From positions 2,784,001-2,848,000 of the forward strand of contig OZ241867.1 of the NCBI GenBank assembly GCA_965203175.1: 64,000 bases of DNA, read 5' to 3'. Source of the stretch: Candidatus Latescibacterota bacterium. GTDB taxonomy: Bacteria > Latescibacterota > UBA2968 > UBA8231. This document shows, one piece after another, positions 1 through 8,513 of the stretch (the first letter of the stretch is position 1; every line of letters starts with the position of its first letter). The position numbers and the translations under genes are program-made. Under the pieces are notes generated by a model. It was not told the origin of the DNA. It was given only the letters and a program-made list of their open reading frames with translations, and did no database searches.

Positions 1-556
1 CAAAATCACCCAAGCGCAAAAGCGAGGCAGCCTTGCCAGAGCGCGCTCGGTAGTGCCTGGGATCGAGGGCGAGGATGGCTTCGTACTGAGCGAGTGCTCC
101 TGCGGCGTCGGGTTGGTCTTGCGTCATCAGGAGGTCGGCGTATGCCATGCAGGCGACCGCATTACCGGGGAAGGCCGCTACGAGAGAATCGAAAAGCGCG
201 CGCGCCTCGGCTTGACGTCCAAGTTTATTGAGTGTTTGGGCCAACTGCAACCGGGCCTCGATGCGCTCGGGCGCGATCCTCTGTGCTCGGGAGAGCGGAG
301 CCAAGGCTTGTTGGTAACGCCTTTGCCGCAAATAGATTTCCCCGAGCGCGAGCGCGGCCTCGTAGTGCAGAGTATCGCGCCGGACTAGTGCTTCGAGCAC
401 GTGGGCGGCGGTGTCCAAACGGCCGGCCGCTAAGTGTTGGCGGGCCTGTTCGTAGCGCTGCGCGCTCTGCGCGGGAAGGGGTGGCTCGGAGGTGCAGCCC
501 AACAAGGCGGCGAGCGCAATGCCTAGGCGCGTTGGCGTCTTTGACAGTGGATACAT
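1..556 (-). CDS. TPR-repeat lipoprotein, 3' end truncated by window edge
   Basis: Not in the ORF track. Manual translation from ATG 556 gives MYPLSKTPTRLGIALAALLGC (lipobox), then TPR-like helices (ALALGEIYLRQRRYQQA; ARLQLAQTLNKLGRQAEA; ALAQYEAILALDP), open to the window edge. Confidence 0.85.
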   Translation of the reverse strand, partial: MYPLSKTPTRLGIALAALLGCTSEPPLPAQSAQRYEQARQHLAAGRLDTAAHVLEALVRRDTLHYEAALALGEIYLRQRRYQQALAPLSRAQRIAPERIEARLQLAQTLNKLGRQAEARALFDSLVAAFPGNAVACMAYADLLMTQDQPDAAGALAQYEAILALDPRHYRARSGKAASLLRLGDF

Positions 557-680
557 TTTGCAACGCATAGTGTACGAACTGAGGGGAGAATTGGCGAGTG
601 GCGGCGGCGCAAAACGGTTGATTCGCGTCGCATTGTGTCCTATACTTTTGCCGAACGAAAATTTTGCGGAGGTACGCGCA

Positions 681-1133
681 ATGAAGCAATGGACATGGTT
701 GGCTCTAGCTGGTCTCTTGATGACCCTGAGTTGCGGTTCGGAGGAAACCGTTCAACCCTCGCCCGATTACGCCGATGCTTGGGTTGGCGAATACGAAGGT
801 ACCGGGAATTTCGCCCTATCCAATGGCGTCAGTGGGGAAGACCGCCCTGTTACAATAAGCATTGTACGGGTCACCCCTAAGGAAGTCACCGTGACTGCCC
901 AGTTGATTTATGGCGAAGGCCGCAACGATTTCATTCAGGCAATCGACATCCTCCAGCCCGACGATGCCGAGCAGATCACCTTGGAGGTGCGCTACCTCAA
1001 TGCTAAGACGGTTTATGCCTTCACCCAAGAAGAAGGCACGATCACCGGCTCCATCGCGACGAGTTCGCTCCGGCTCGGAGGAACTTGGGGCCAAGATCAG
1101 ATCATGACCGAGCTAGAGGTCGTCCGGCAGTAG
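681..1133 (+). CDS. Hypothetical lipoprotein (beta-rich)
   Basis: GGAGG RBS precedes ATG 681; MKQWTWLALAGLLMTLSC lipobox. The ORF-track start at 492 overlaps the divergent gene. Confidence 0.75.
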   Translation: MKQWTWLALAGLLMTLSCGSEETVQPSPDYADAWVGEYEGTGNFALSNGVSGEDRPVTISIVRVTPKEVTVTAQLIYGEGRNDFIQAIDILQPDDAEQITLEVRYLNAKTVYAFTQEEGTITGSIATSSLRLGGTWGQDQIMTELEVVRQ

Positions 1134-1185
1134 TGTACAAGAATCCCATGGCTGACAGGACAGTGAAAGCCCCCCCTGAGAGCTA

Positions 1186-2415
1186 GTGCTGCACCATCGC
1201 TTCTTTTACATAGGAGCAGTCGCGCTGGCGATTGCTCTCGGCTTGGGTGGCTCGTACTGGTATTCGCAGTACCGGGCAAACGCAGCGCAAAAAGCCGTCG
1301 AGCAAGGCGATCGCTTGCGCGCCCAAGGCCAGATGGACGAAGCAGCCCGCTACTACCAGCAGGCCATCGAGCTGGATCCAGACCTCGCCCAAGCCCGTAG
1401 CAATTTAGGCGTGACGCACGCGGCGCTGGAGCGCTTTGACGAGGCAATCCCCCACTTCGAACAGGCACTGGCGCTGGCCCCCGGTCACTTTGAGGCGCGG
1501 ATTGGCCTTGCTATTTCGCTCGACGGGTTGGGCCATTTTTTGGTCGCAGAGGACAGCTACAAGAAGGCGCTGGCGCTGCGGCCCGACTTTGGGGCGGTGT
1601 ACTACAACCTCGGTTATCTCTACCAGCAACAGGGCCTTTACGCAGAAGCCACCGCTCAGTACGAGGAAGCCGTGCGCTTGGTGCCGAATTTCTTGCAAGC
1701 TCGGGCCAACTTGGGGTGGGTCTATCACTTGCAGCACCGTCCGGGTGAAGCCATTGCCGAGTACCAGCGCGTCCTCGCTGATCACCCAGACGAAGGGCCG
1801 GTGTACGCGCGCTTGGGCGAGAGCTACATGGCCTTGAGCCAATACGAAGAGGCGAGGACAGCCTATCGGCGAGCGGTAGAACTTGGAGTCGAGACGGCGA
1901 GCGCGTTTTACGACCTCGGCGTTATCAGCGAGCAGGAAGGCAAGCTCGAAGCGGCGCGGAGTTACTTTCACCAAGCCCTGCTCAAAAATGCGGCCCACGC
2001 TGATTCCTATCACCGCTTGGGTGCGGTGACGGCCAAGTTAGGGCATGAGGAACAGGCGGCCACCTACTACTTGGAGGCCATAAAGCGCGACTCCGGCCAC
2101 GCTGGTGCCCACTACAGCTTGGCCCAACTCTACCTCAAGCAGGGCCGCAGCGACGAGGGCCGCGAGCTAATGCAGGACTTTGCCAAGCTCAAAGAATACG
2201 AGGGACGGCTCGCCAGCCTCAAGCGGGCTGTGAGCCGGTCGCCGCGTGCCCCGGAGGCCACCTACAACTTGGGGATGCTCCACCTAGAGTTTGGTTACGT
2301 CAACAAGGCCGCCGCGGTTTTTGAGCAGCTCCTCAAACTCCATCCCGACTTCTCAGCCGCGCAAGAGCGGCTCACCGAAATCGAGCAAGTACGGGCTGCG
2401 CACAGCGCGGGTTGA
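1186..2415 (+). CDS. Tetratricopeptide repeat protein with N-terminal membrane anchor
   Basis: Hydrophobic N-terminus followed by about 10 canonical TPRs (e.g. AVYYNLGYLYQQQGLYAEATAQYEEAVRLVP). Confidence 0.9.
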   Translation: MLHHRFFYIGAVALAIALGLGGSYWYSQYRANAAQKAVEQGDRLRAQGQMDEAARYYQQAIELDPDLAQARSNLGVTHAALERFDEAIPHFEQALALAPGHFEARIGLAISLDGLGHFLVAEDSYKKALALRPDFGAVYYNLGYLYQQQGLYAEATAQYEEAVRLVPNFLQARANLGWVYHLQHRPGEAIAEYQRVLADHPDEGPVYARLGESYMALSQYEEARTAYRRAVELGVETASAFYDLGVISEQEGKLEAARSYFHQALLKNAAHADSYHRLGAVTAKLGHEEQAATYYLEAIKRDSGHAGAHYSLAQLYLKQGRSDEGRELMQDFAKLKEYEGRLASLKRAVSRSPRAPEATYNLGMLHLEFGYVNKAAAVFEQLLKLHPDFSAAQERLTEIEQVRAAHSAG

Positions 2416-2418
2416 GAA

Positions 2419-4098
2419 TCAAAAAGGATTCGCGCCTAGTTCTAGGAGGGCGTGCCCCTGCCCTTGGCGGACGACCAAGAGCTTGTTGGCGGGCACGTTC
2501 TCGATCGCGTAGGTGCTGCCGTTGGGGTAGGTGATTTCGACGCGGTCGACGGCCTGCGCTGCACCCAAGCCGAAGTGGACGCGCAAATCGCTGTGTGAAA
2601 GGTAGCTGGCCGCGCCGTTGACCGTGCGCCACTGGCGCTTGCCAGCCACTTGCACGCTGATGCGAGTGCCGACTCCATCGCGATTGTCTTCGCGGCCAAA
2701 GACTTGCACCACGAGATAGTTTCCTGTATTCCCCTCATCGTTGCGCAACAGAGTCGGCGCGTCATTTAGCTCGACGACGAAGAGGTCGATATCGCCGTCG
2801 TCGTCGTAATCGCCAAAGCTGGTGCCACGGCTGACTTTGGCCTTCGCTAACCCGGGTCCGGCTGACACTGGGACGAAGCGACCGCCACCCTCGTTGCGAA
2901 AGAGCTGATTGGGCTGGCGGTAGGTGGTACCGGTTTCTGCTTGGTCCACCTGCGGATATACGTGGCCATTGGCGACGAAGAGGTCGAGGCGGCCGTCGTT
3001 GTCGTAGTCGAAAAAGCGCGTTCCCCAACCCAACAACTCTACCGTCGGTGCGGCGAGGCCAGCCGTAGTTGTGACATCGGAGAACCGCGCGCCACCTTCG
3101 TTGCGGTAGAGCGTATTGGTCTCGGTAAAAAAGTGGGTCACGTACAGGTCTGGATCGCCGTCTTGATCGTAGTCGCCAAAGTCCACGCCCATGCCGGCTT
3201 CGACATCTCCGTCGCCGTTGTACGCCACGCCTGAGATGAGGGCGACGTCTTGGAAGGTGCCGTCGCCTTGGTTTTGGAAGAGCACGTTGGGGGTCTCGTC
3301 GTTGGCGACAAAGAGGTCGCTATCGCCATCGGAATCGTAATCGGCCGGTACCACGCCCAAGCCGTAATAGCGGTTGGCAGTTGCCACGCCGGATGCTTGA
3401 GTGACGTCGGTAAACGCGCCGTCACCTTCGTTGCGGTAGAGCACATCCGGCGCGCCGACTAGGCCTTTGGGACCGCAATAGACGCGGAGGCCGCCGAAAA
3501 AGGTGCAGAGCCGTGGCTCAGCCGGTAGGTGCTCGGCATCGAAGACGACGTAGTTGGCCACGTAGAGATCGAGGTCGCCGTCGCGGTCGTAGTCGAAAAA
3601 GGCCGCGCTGGCACTGTATTGATCGCCGCCAACGCCCGCTTTTAGGGTCGCATCGGCAAAGCGGTCACTGCCGCGATTGTGGTAGAGCACGTTGGCTCCG
3701 TAGTTGGTCGCGTAGAGGTCTGGGCGGCCGTCGTTGTCGATGTCGCCCACGGCTACGCCACCGCCCCAACCGGCGTCGCCGACCTCAGCTTCTCGCGTGA
3801 TTTCCACAAAAGTGCCGTCGCCTTCGTTGCGGTAGAGCGCGTTGCCCGGCCCCGAGCGATCGCGATACGTGGCAAAGGTGGCCCCGTTGACTATGTAGAG
3901 GTCGAGGTCACCGTCGGAGTCGTGGTCGAAGAAGGCTGCGCCGCTGCCGTGGGACTCTAGGATGTAGTGCTTTTCTTGCCCGCCAAAGACATTGCGGTAG
4001 GTGATGCCAGCGGCAGCGGTTTGGTCGCTAAATCGGGGCTGGGCACGCAGGGGGAGGGCACATAGCAGCGCGGCGCAAAACAGCAGAAAGACGCACAA
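2419..4098 (-). CDS. CRTAC1-family protein (FG-GAP/VCBS repeats + ASPIC/UnbV domain)
   Basis: Signal peptide; repeated DxDxDGxxDLYVxN and LYRNEGDGTF motifs; C-terminal SYLSHSDLRVHFGLG typical of ASPIC/UnbV. Confidence 0.92.
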   Translation of the reverse strand: MCVFLLFCAALLCALPLRAQPRFSDQTAAAGITYRNVFGGQEKHYILESHGSGAAFFDHDSDGDLDLYIVNGATFATYRDRSGPGNALYRNEGDGTFVEITREAEVGDAGWGGGVAVGDIDNDGRPDLYATNYGANVLYHNRGSDRFADATLKAGVGGDQYSASAAFFDYDRDGDLDLYVANYVVFDAEHLPAEPRLCTFFGGLRVYCGPKGLVGAPDVLYRNEGDGAFTDVTQASGVATANRYYGLGVVPADYDSDGDSDLFVANDETPNVLFQNQGDGTFQDVALISGVAYNGDGDVEAGMGVDFGDYDQDGDPDLYVTHFFTETNTLYRNEGGARFSDVTTTAGLAAPTVELLGWGTRFFDYDNDGRLDLFVANGHVYPQVDQAETGTTYRQPNQLFRNEGGGRFVPVSAGPGLAKAKVSRGTSFGDYDDDGDIDLFVVELNDAPTLLRNDEGNTGNYLVVQVFGREDNRDGVGTRISVQVAGKRQWRTVNGAASYLSHSDLRVHFGLGAAQAVDRVEITYPNGSTYAIENVPANKLLVVRQGQGHALLELGANPF

Positions 4099-4099
4099 A

Positions 4100-4918
4100 T
4101 TAGGGGGCGACCGCGTAGTTCAGGCCCGTGAGCAGTTGCAATGCCTCTTTAGCAGCCTCGTGGTCGGGGCCTTCGCGCTCGGCGAACATGCGCTCTAGCG
4201 GGGCCACGGCTGTGGTATCGCCGATGCGGCCGAGGGTGCGGGCGCTCTCCACGCGGACCCAGATGTTGTCGTCGGTCAAGGCGAGGCACAGCGCGTCGAG
4301 GGCGCGGTGAGTTCGATGGTGCCCCAATAGTTGCGCGGCGATGTAGCGCACAGTATCGTCGCGGTCGCGGAGCGCGGCGAGGGCCGCAGCTTCGGCCGCC
4401 GGCGTCCACAGAAACTGCAGTGCGGCGAGGGCCTGTCGGCGCACCGAGGGAACAGTATCCGCCAAGGCGCGCACCAACAAGGGCACGGCCGTGGTGTCGC
4501 GGAGGTTGCCCAAGCTCCAAGCTGCCGCTCCGCGCACACCTGGGACTGAGTCATCGGCGAGGACGCTAGCTAAGGTTGCGTGGAGGCGGGGATCGTCGAG
4601 CTGGCCGAGGGCGCGGACAGCCTGTTCGCGGACATGGCGATTTTCATCGCGGAGAAGCGATTTGAGGAAGGGGGAGGCGCGCCGGTCGCCGATTTGGCCG
4701 AGGATTTGCGCGGCAATGTAGCGCAGGCTATCGCCGCCGCCGTTCGCGCGATCCATCAAAGGCTCGACGGCCGCGCCGCCTAGTTGCACTAAGGCGTGGC
4801 TGGCATCGAGGCGGACTTGACGCCGCGAATCGTCGAGCTGGTCAATGTAGTACTCGGCCTGTTGTGCGGCGCAACTCAATAGGCTGACGCAGAGACTTGC
4901 TAGGGCGAGTTTGGACAT
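4100..4918 (-). CDS. HEAT-repeat (PBS lyase-like) lipoprotein
   Basis: LLSC lipobox; repeated VRxxAxxALGxxGD units. Confidence 0.88.
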   Translation of the reverse strand: MSKLALASLCVSLLSCAAQQAEYYIDQLDDSRRQVRLDASHALVQLGGAAVEPLMDRANGGGDSLRYIAAQILGQIGDRRASPFLKSLLRDENRHVREQAVRALGQLDDPRLHATLASVLADDSVPGVRGAAAWSLGNLRDTTAVPLLVRALADTVPSVRRQALAALQFLWTPAAEAAALAALRDRDDTVRYIAAQLLGHHRTHRALDALCLALTDDNIWVRVESARTLGRIGDTTAVAPLERMFAEREGPDHEAAKEALQLLTGLNYAVAP

Positions 4919-4930
4919 GGTGGGAACTTA

Positions 4931-4973
4931 AGTAAAAGCAGGTGTCAGGGATTGGAAACCTGACACCTGCTTT
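4931..4973 (-). terminator. Rho-independent terminator downstream of the DUF4159 gene
   Basis: Perfect 15-bp inverted repeat AAAGCAGGTGTCAGG (4935-4949) / CCTGACACCTGCTTT (4959-4973); reads into TTTT on the minus strand. Confidence 0.75.
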
Positions 4974-4995
4974 GGGTTTAGCTTTGCAGTGAAGC

Positions 4996-6210
4996 CTAGT
5001 TGACCATCTGCATGAGGCGTTGGGTGATTGACCCTTCCTGTGTCAGGGCGTATATGATGATGTTAACCGCCAACTGTAGCTGACGAGTCGAGTCCCCGCC
5101 GCGTCCATCGTTTTGCCAGCCCCAACCGCCATCGCCAGGCGTGACGCCCGCCAGCCTGCCTTTGATGTAATAGCCGCGCAGATAGTTCCAGGGCCTGACA
5201 CCCAATTTGCCCTGCCCTAGTGAGGGGCTATAGCCGAAAGGCATGCCCCCACTCAGGTCGAAGAAGGAGGTATAGACGGGGTGATCCTCCGGTAGGCGCT
5301 CGGACCAGAAATCCTTGCCTTGGATTAGACCGCCGTACTTTTCCAGTGCTTCACCGTTGATCCCGCTGAGCATAAAGCCACCCGACATTAGGTACTGGGC
5401 CAAGTTGGCCATTTCGGAGTCATTAGGGGCACCTTGGGGCTCGACGATGACGGGTACTTCCATCAGGCGCGGGTCGTCGAACGTGATAAAGCCGAGAAAC
5501 TCGGCCTTGAGACCGGTGTACTCATTGAGTACGTCGCGGATTCTATCGATGGTTCTAACGCGGAGTGTGACCGTTCCGTAGCCGGAGGTACCGCCAGCCA
5601 GGGCCCGCGAGGACATGACTTGGGCCAGCTTGACAAAGCCCTTGATAGCCTGCTTGTCCGTGGCGTCTTGGACGACGATGGCGCGGTAGCGACCGGTGTC
5701 CATGTTGTTGACGTCGAGCATCTCTAGGCCCATGTCGATTTTGTGCTCAGAGGTGCGGGTACTGGTCACGGCCGTTGCCGTCAGCTTGGGCTCTATGGTC
5801 ATACCGCTCATCGTGCTGAAGGCAGATTGCCCTGACAGGCGAATCCCCGAACCACCGACGCCGGCGATTAGATTGCGGGTGTTGAACGAGGCCGTGGCCT
5901 GTACTTGATCCATGCGCGCTTGCGCTAGCTGGACTTCGCGGCGCGCGAGCTGACGCTTGGGCTGGGGGATTTTGCGCAGCTCTAGCGGCTTGGTCAGGCG
6001 CGGCTCGCGCTTGATGAATTTGGTCGTCATGGGCCGTGGTGCCTTCTTCTCCTCCGCCTTAAAGGGGTTGATCGCAACGACGATGAGTACGAGGGCCGCA
6101 GCAGCGGCCAGGGTGAGAAAAAAGCCCCGGCGCAGGCGACGGACCAGAATGTCGAGATCGAAGTCCTGAGTGGGCGAAGCAAAGCGCGTGGAGACCCATT
6201 TCTTACTCAT
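4996..6210 (-). CDS. Membrane-anchored DUF4159-domain protein
   Basis: Single TM helix, then a basic/Pro-rich stalk. The C-terminal domain has NLAQYLMSGGF, LPEDHPVYTSFFD, LRGYYIKGRL and QLAVNIIIYALT, which I recognise as DUF4159. Confidence 0.75.
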   Translation of the reverse strand: MSKKWVSTRFASPTQDFDLDILVRRLRRGFFLTLAAAAALVLIVVAINPFKAEEKKAPRPMTTKFIKREPRLTKPLELRKIPQPKRQLARREVQLAQARMDQVQATASFNTRNLIAGVGGSGIRLSGQSAFSTMSGMTIEPKLTATAVTSTRTSEHKIDMGLEMLDVNNMDTGRYRAIVVQDATDKQAIKGFVKLAQVMSSRALAGGTSGYGTVTLRVRTIDRIRDVLNEYTGLKAEFLGFITFDDPRLMEVPVIVEPQGAPNDSEMANLAQYLMSGGFMLSGINGEALEKYGGLIQGKDFWSERLPEDHPVYTSFFDLSGGMPFGYSPSLGQGKLGVRPWNYLRGYYIKGRLAGVTPGDGGWGWQNDGRGGDSTRQLQLAVNIIIYALTQEGSITQRLMQMVN

Positions 6211-7238
6211 AGTGACCTCCTCGAAGGGCGTTTAGGGGAAATGACACGGTCTTGGACCTGTAGGCCATCTCCGCGTTTTTTGAGCTTCTTGTCGAGTTTT
6301 CGCAGCCGAGCGATGGCCGTGGTGGAATCCACGTCAACCACCTCTATTTGTCCTACTTTCTGCTGCGATGGCCTAGGCCGCCACACGTCGAACCGCATTC
6401 GCTTCGTCAGCCCGTGCTGAGCACCGATGTTTAGCTGGACGTGTGGTTTGCCTTTCCGTTCGGGCAATAGGGCTACTATGCGGCCCTCTAGCGGCAAATT
6501 CGCGTCTAGGTCGGGCGCTAGATTGTCCGCTAGTCCCTTTAACACCCCCCGGGCAACGGCGAGGTCGCTGCTGGGCTTGGAGATGAACCAACGCTCAGCG
6601 ACGTTCAGTGCGCGTTCGGTAGCCGGATCAGCCATTTGCAAGCGGAGAAGATCGGCTAGGAAAGCCCGCGTTAAACCAGGATGTGACGCGCCTGGATACT
6701 TCCAAGTGTTATAAAGGAATAGCTGTTCGTCATAAGGTATCACGGCTGAGGAGTCGCGCAAGTCCGACCAGAAGATTTTGTCGCGGTGCGGATCCTCCAA
6801 CTTGACTTCGAGTTGACAGACGATGGAGGGCAGTGAAATCACCGTGTAAGACTGGTCTTCGCTTGGTCCTCCATCGTCTAATAGGCCCAAATTTTCGTAG
6901 TAATGAATGACTTGGTTGTGGTATGTTTTATGGGCTTTGTTGAGAATGAAATGGGCGATGTAATCGATGGATTTTTTTCCGTGATATGTGGGATCGCGAG
7001 CCTCGCGGATGCTCCGCAAGGGCACGACGCGAATGCGGCCCAAGTCGGTAAAGATGTCTTTGATCGCGCGCTCGATTTCTCGCATCAGGCGGGGGTGTTG
7101 CTCGGCGAGGTGGACGGGCAAGATTTCTTGATCAACGAGATCGGTAAAGACCAAGCCGATGGTGTAGATGTGCGGCTGGGCGTTGGCCGGCTGGCCTCCG
7201 AGTACGAGGGCCAATCCAATGAGGAAGAGATATTTCAC
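6207..7238 (-). CDS. Secreted protein with FlgT C-terminal-like beta domain
   Basis: Signal peptide (MKYLFLIGLALVLGGQPANA); C-terminal LEGRIV...VQLNIGAQHGL...FDVWR...VGQIEVVDV...DRV pattern; overlaps the next gene by 4 nt. Confidence 0.65.
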   Translation of the reverse strand: MKYLFLIGLALVLGGQPANAQPHIYTIGLVFTDLVDQEILPVHLAEQHPRLMREIERAIKDIFTDLGRIRVVPLRSIREARDPTYHGKKSIDYIAHFILNKAHKTYHNQVIHYYENLGLLDDGGPSEDQSYTVISLPSIVCQLEVKLEDPHRDKIFWSDLRDSSAVIPYDEQLFLYNTWKYPGASHPGLTRAFLADLLRLQMADPATERALNVAERWFISKPSSDLAVARGVLKGLADNLAPDLDANLPLEGRIVALLPERKGKPHVQLNIGAQHGLTKRMRFDVWRPRPSQQKVGQIEVVDVDSTTAIARLRKLDKKLKKRGDGLQVQDRVISPKRPSRRSL

Positions 7239-7330
7239 GAGATTAAAGCAGACTTCGGTCGCAGTGGAAAACCTGTGGTTGCCTGTATCTTAATGTATAA
7301 TTTAGGTGATTTCGTAGAGCAACTTTTTTC

Positions 7331-7359
7331 TTGACAGCCTTTTGAAGGGCATTTATTAT
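7331..7359 (+). promoter_or_regulatory. Sigma70-type promoter
   Basis: TTGACA (7331-7336), 17-nt spacer, TATTAT (7354-7359), upstream of AAGGAG RBS and ATG 7416. Confidence 0.7.
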
Positions 7360-7415
7360 GAATCGTTCATTTGAACTTTTTCGTCCACTTCTCTTACAGC
7401 TAAGGAGATGCAGCA

Positions 7416-8369
7416 ATGAAGAAGTCGACCCTTTTAGCCGCGGCCGCGGCTCTCTGCGTTACGACGCTGGCGAATGCCCAGCCGCCTATACGCTACTTTG
7501 ATTTACCCAAGTTTACCCAAGCTCCCACACTCGACGGCGACCGCGCAACTGTTGCCGACGAATGGGCTGGCGCGCTAGAATTCGACTGCTCGCCGAGCCA
7601 GATTCAGCTCGACGGTCAAGAGTTTGGCTGGCGCGATCAGGCGAACGAGTCCTCCGAAGTAAGCACCAACCAGCTCAATGAGAACGGCGAGACCGAAGTA
7701 GCTGGCGAAGGCCGCACCGACGCCGATGTCTCTTCGGTGATCTTGCAGGCGTGGGATGACGATGCCTTGTACTACATCACCGAGGTTAGCGATAACGTCC
7801 GCGACACCGAGGGTGGCGGCGAGGCACGGGCTTGGTGGGAGCGCGACTCCATGTCTCTCTACCTCGACATGAACAACGAAGATCACCCAGGTGGCGACCC
7901 GACTGGCGAGTACGTCAACCTGAATGTGGTCAACTTTATGGCCGTGCCCTTCGGCTCGAACGAACTGTCCGTCTGCTACATCACCACCGTGCAGAACCAG
8001 CGCGTGGATGTCCACGATCCCGATGCAATTGAGGGGTTTGAGTACGGTTTCCGCGACGCCGGTGACGAGTTTGGCGACGAAGGCGACGCCGACTACGTGA
8101 TTGAGGGTCGGATGGAGTGGGACACTTTCCTGCGCAACGGTAACCTCTTTGAAGCCCCTACGAGCGGCTCGGAGATGGGCTTCACTTGGCTGTTGGTTGA
8201 CGCCGATGGCGAAGATGCATATGGCGGCCAGATCCAGTGCGTAGCTTGGGCGGGCGGCAACCAGTCCGAGTTCGCCAACTGGGTCTTCGTGGATACGCCG
8301 GCTGGTCCGTCTGGCACCGCGGTCGAAGAAGATTCCTGGGGCCGCGTAAAGGAGACCTTCGTCCAATAG
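7416..8369 (+). CDS. Secreted CBM9/DOMON-like sugar-binding-domain protein with short C-terminal TAVEEDSWGRVK tail
   Basis: Signal peptide; APTLDG..DEW, AWDDDALYYITEVSD, DSMSLYLD, YVIEGRMEW, GFTWLLVDAD match the CBM9-like pattern; very acidic. Confidence 0.75.
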   Translation: MKKSTLLAAAAALCVTTLANAQPPIRYFDLPKFTQAPTLDGDRATVADEWAGALEFDCSPSQIQLDGQEFGWRDQANESSEVSTNQLNENGETEVAGEGRTDADVSSVILQAWDDDALYYITEVSDNVRDTEGGGEARAWWERDSMSLYLDMNNEDHPGGDPTGEYVNLNVVNFMAVPFGSNELSVCYITTVQNQRVDVHDPDAIEGFEYGFRDAGDEFGDEGDADYVIEGRMEWDTFLRNGNLFEAPTSGSEMGFTWLLVDADGEDAYGGQIQCVAWAGGNQSEFANWVFVDTPAGPSGTAVEEDSWGRVKETFVQ

Positions 8370-8400
8370 TCAATGACTTCTGGATAGGTTACGACAAAAT

Positions 8401-8439
8401 ACGGGAAGTGGGCTTGACGCCTGCTTCCCGTTTTTTTTT
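8401..8439 (+). terminator. Rho-independent terminator
   Basis: ACGGGAAGTGGGC-TTGAC-GCCTGCTTCCCGT stem-loop running into a T9 tract, 32 nt after the stop at 8369. Confidence 0.85.
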
Positions 8440-8513
8440 CTTGACCCGCGCGCTTTGGCAAATATATGTTTTCGCCCAATACCCAATACTTAAGTGACCC
8501 GCGAGGGGTTTTC

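Noticed and set aside
53-689. Short ORFs listed at the window start (53-388, 225-689, 232-570)
   Set aside because: The real gene is an edge-truncated minus-strand TPR lipoprotein starting at 556; these overlap it in other frames.
2419-4098. Recurring nucleotide repeats (e.g. CCTTCGTTGCGGTAGAGC) suggesting an array
   Set aside because: They encode FG-GAP repeats (LYRNEG) within a CDS and are irregularly spaced; not CRISPR.
7575-8366. 263-aa minus-strand ORF
   Set aside because: Antisense to the CBM9-like gene, which has a promoter, RBS, signal peptide and terminator.
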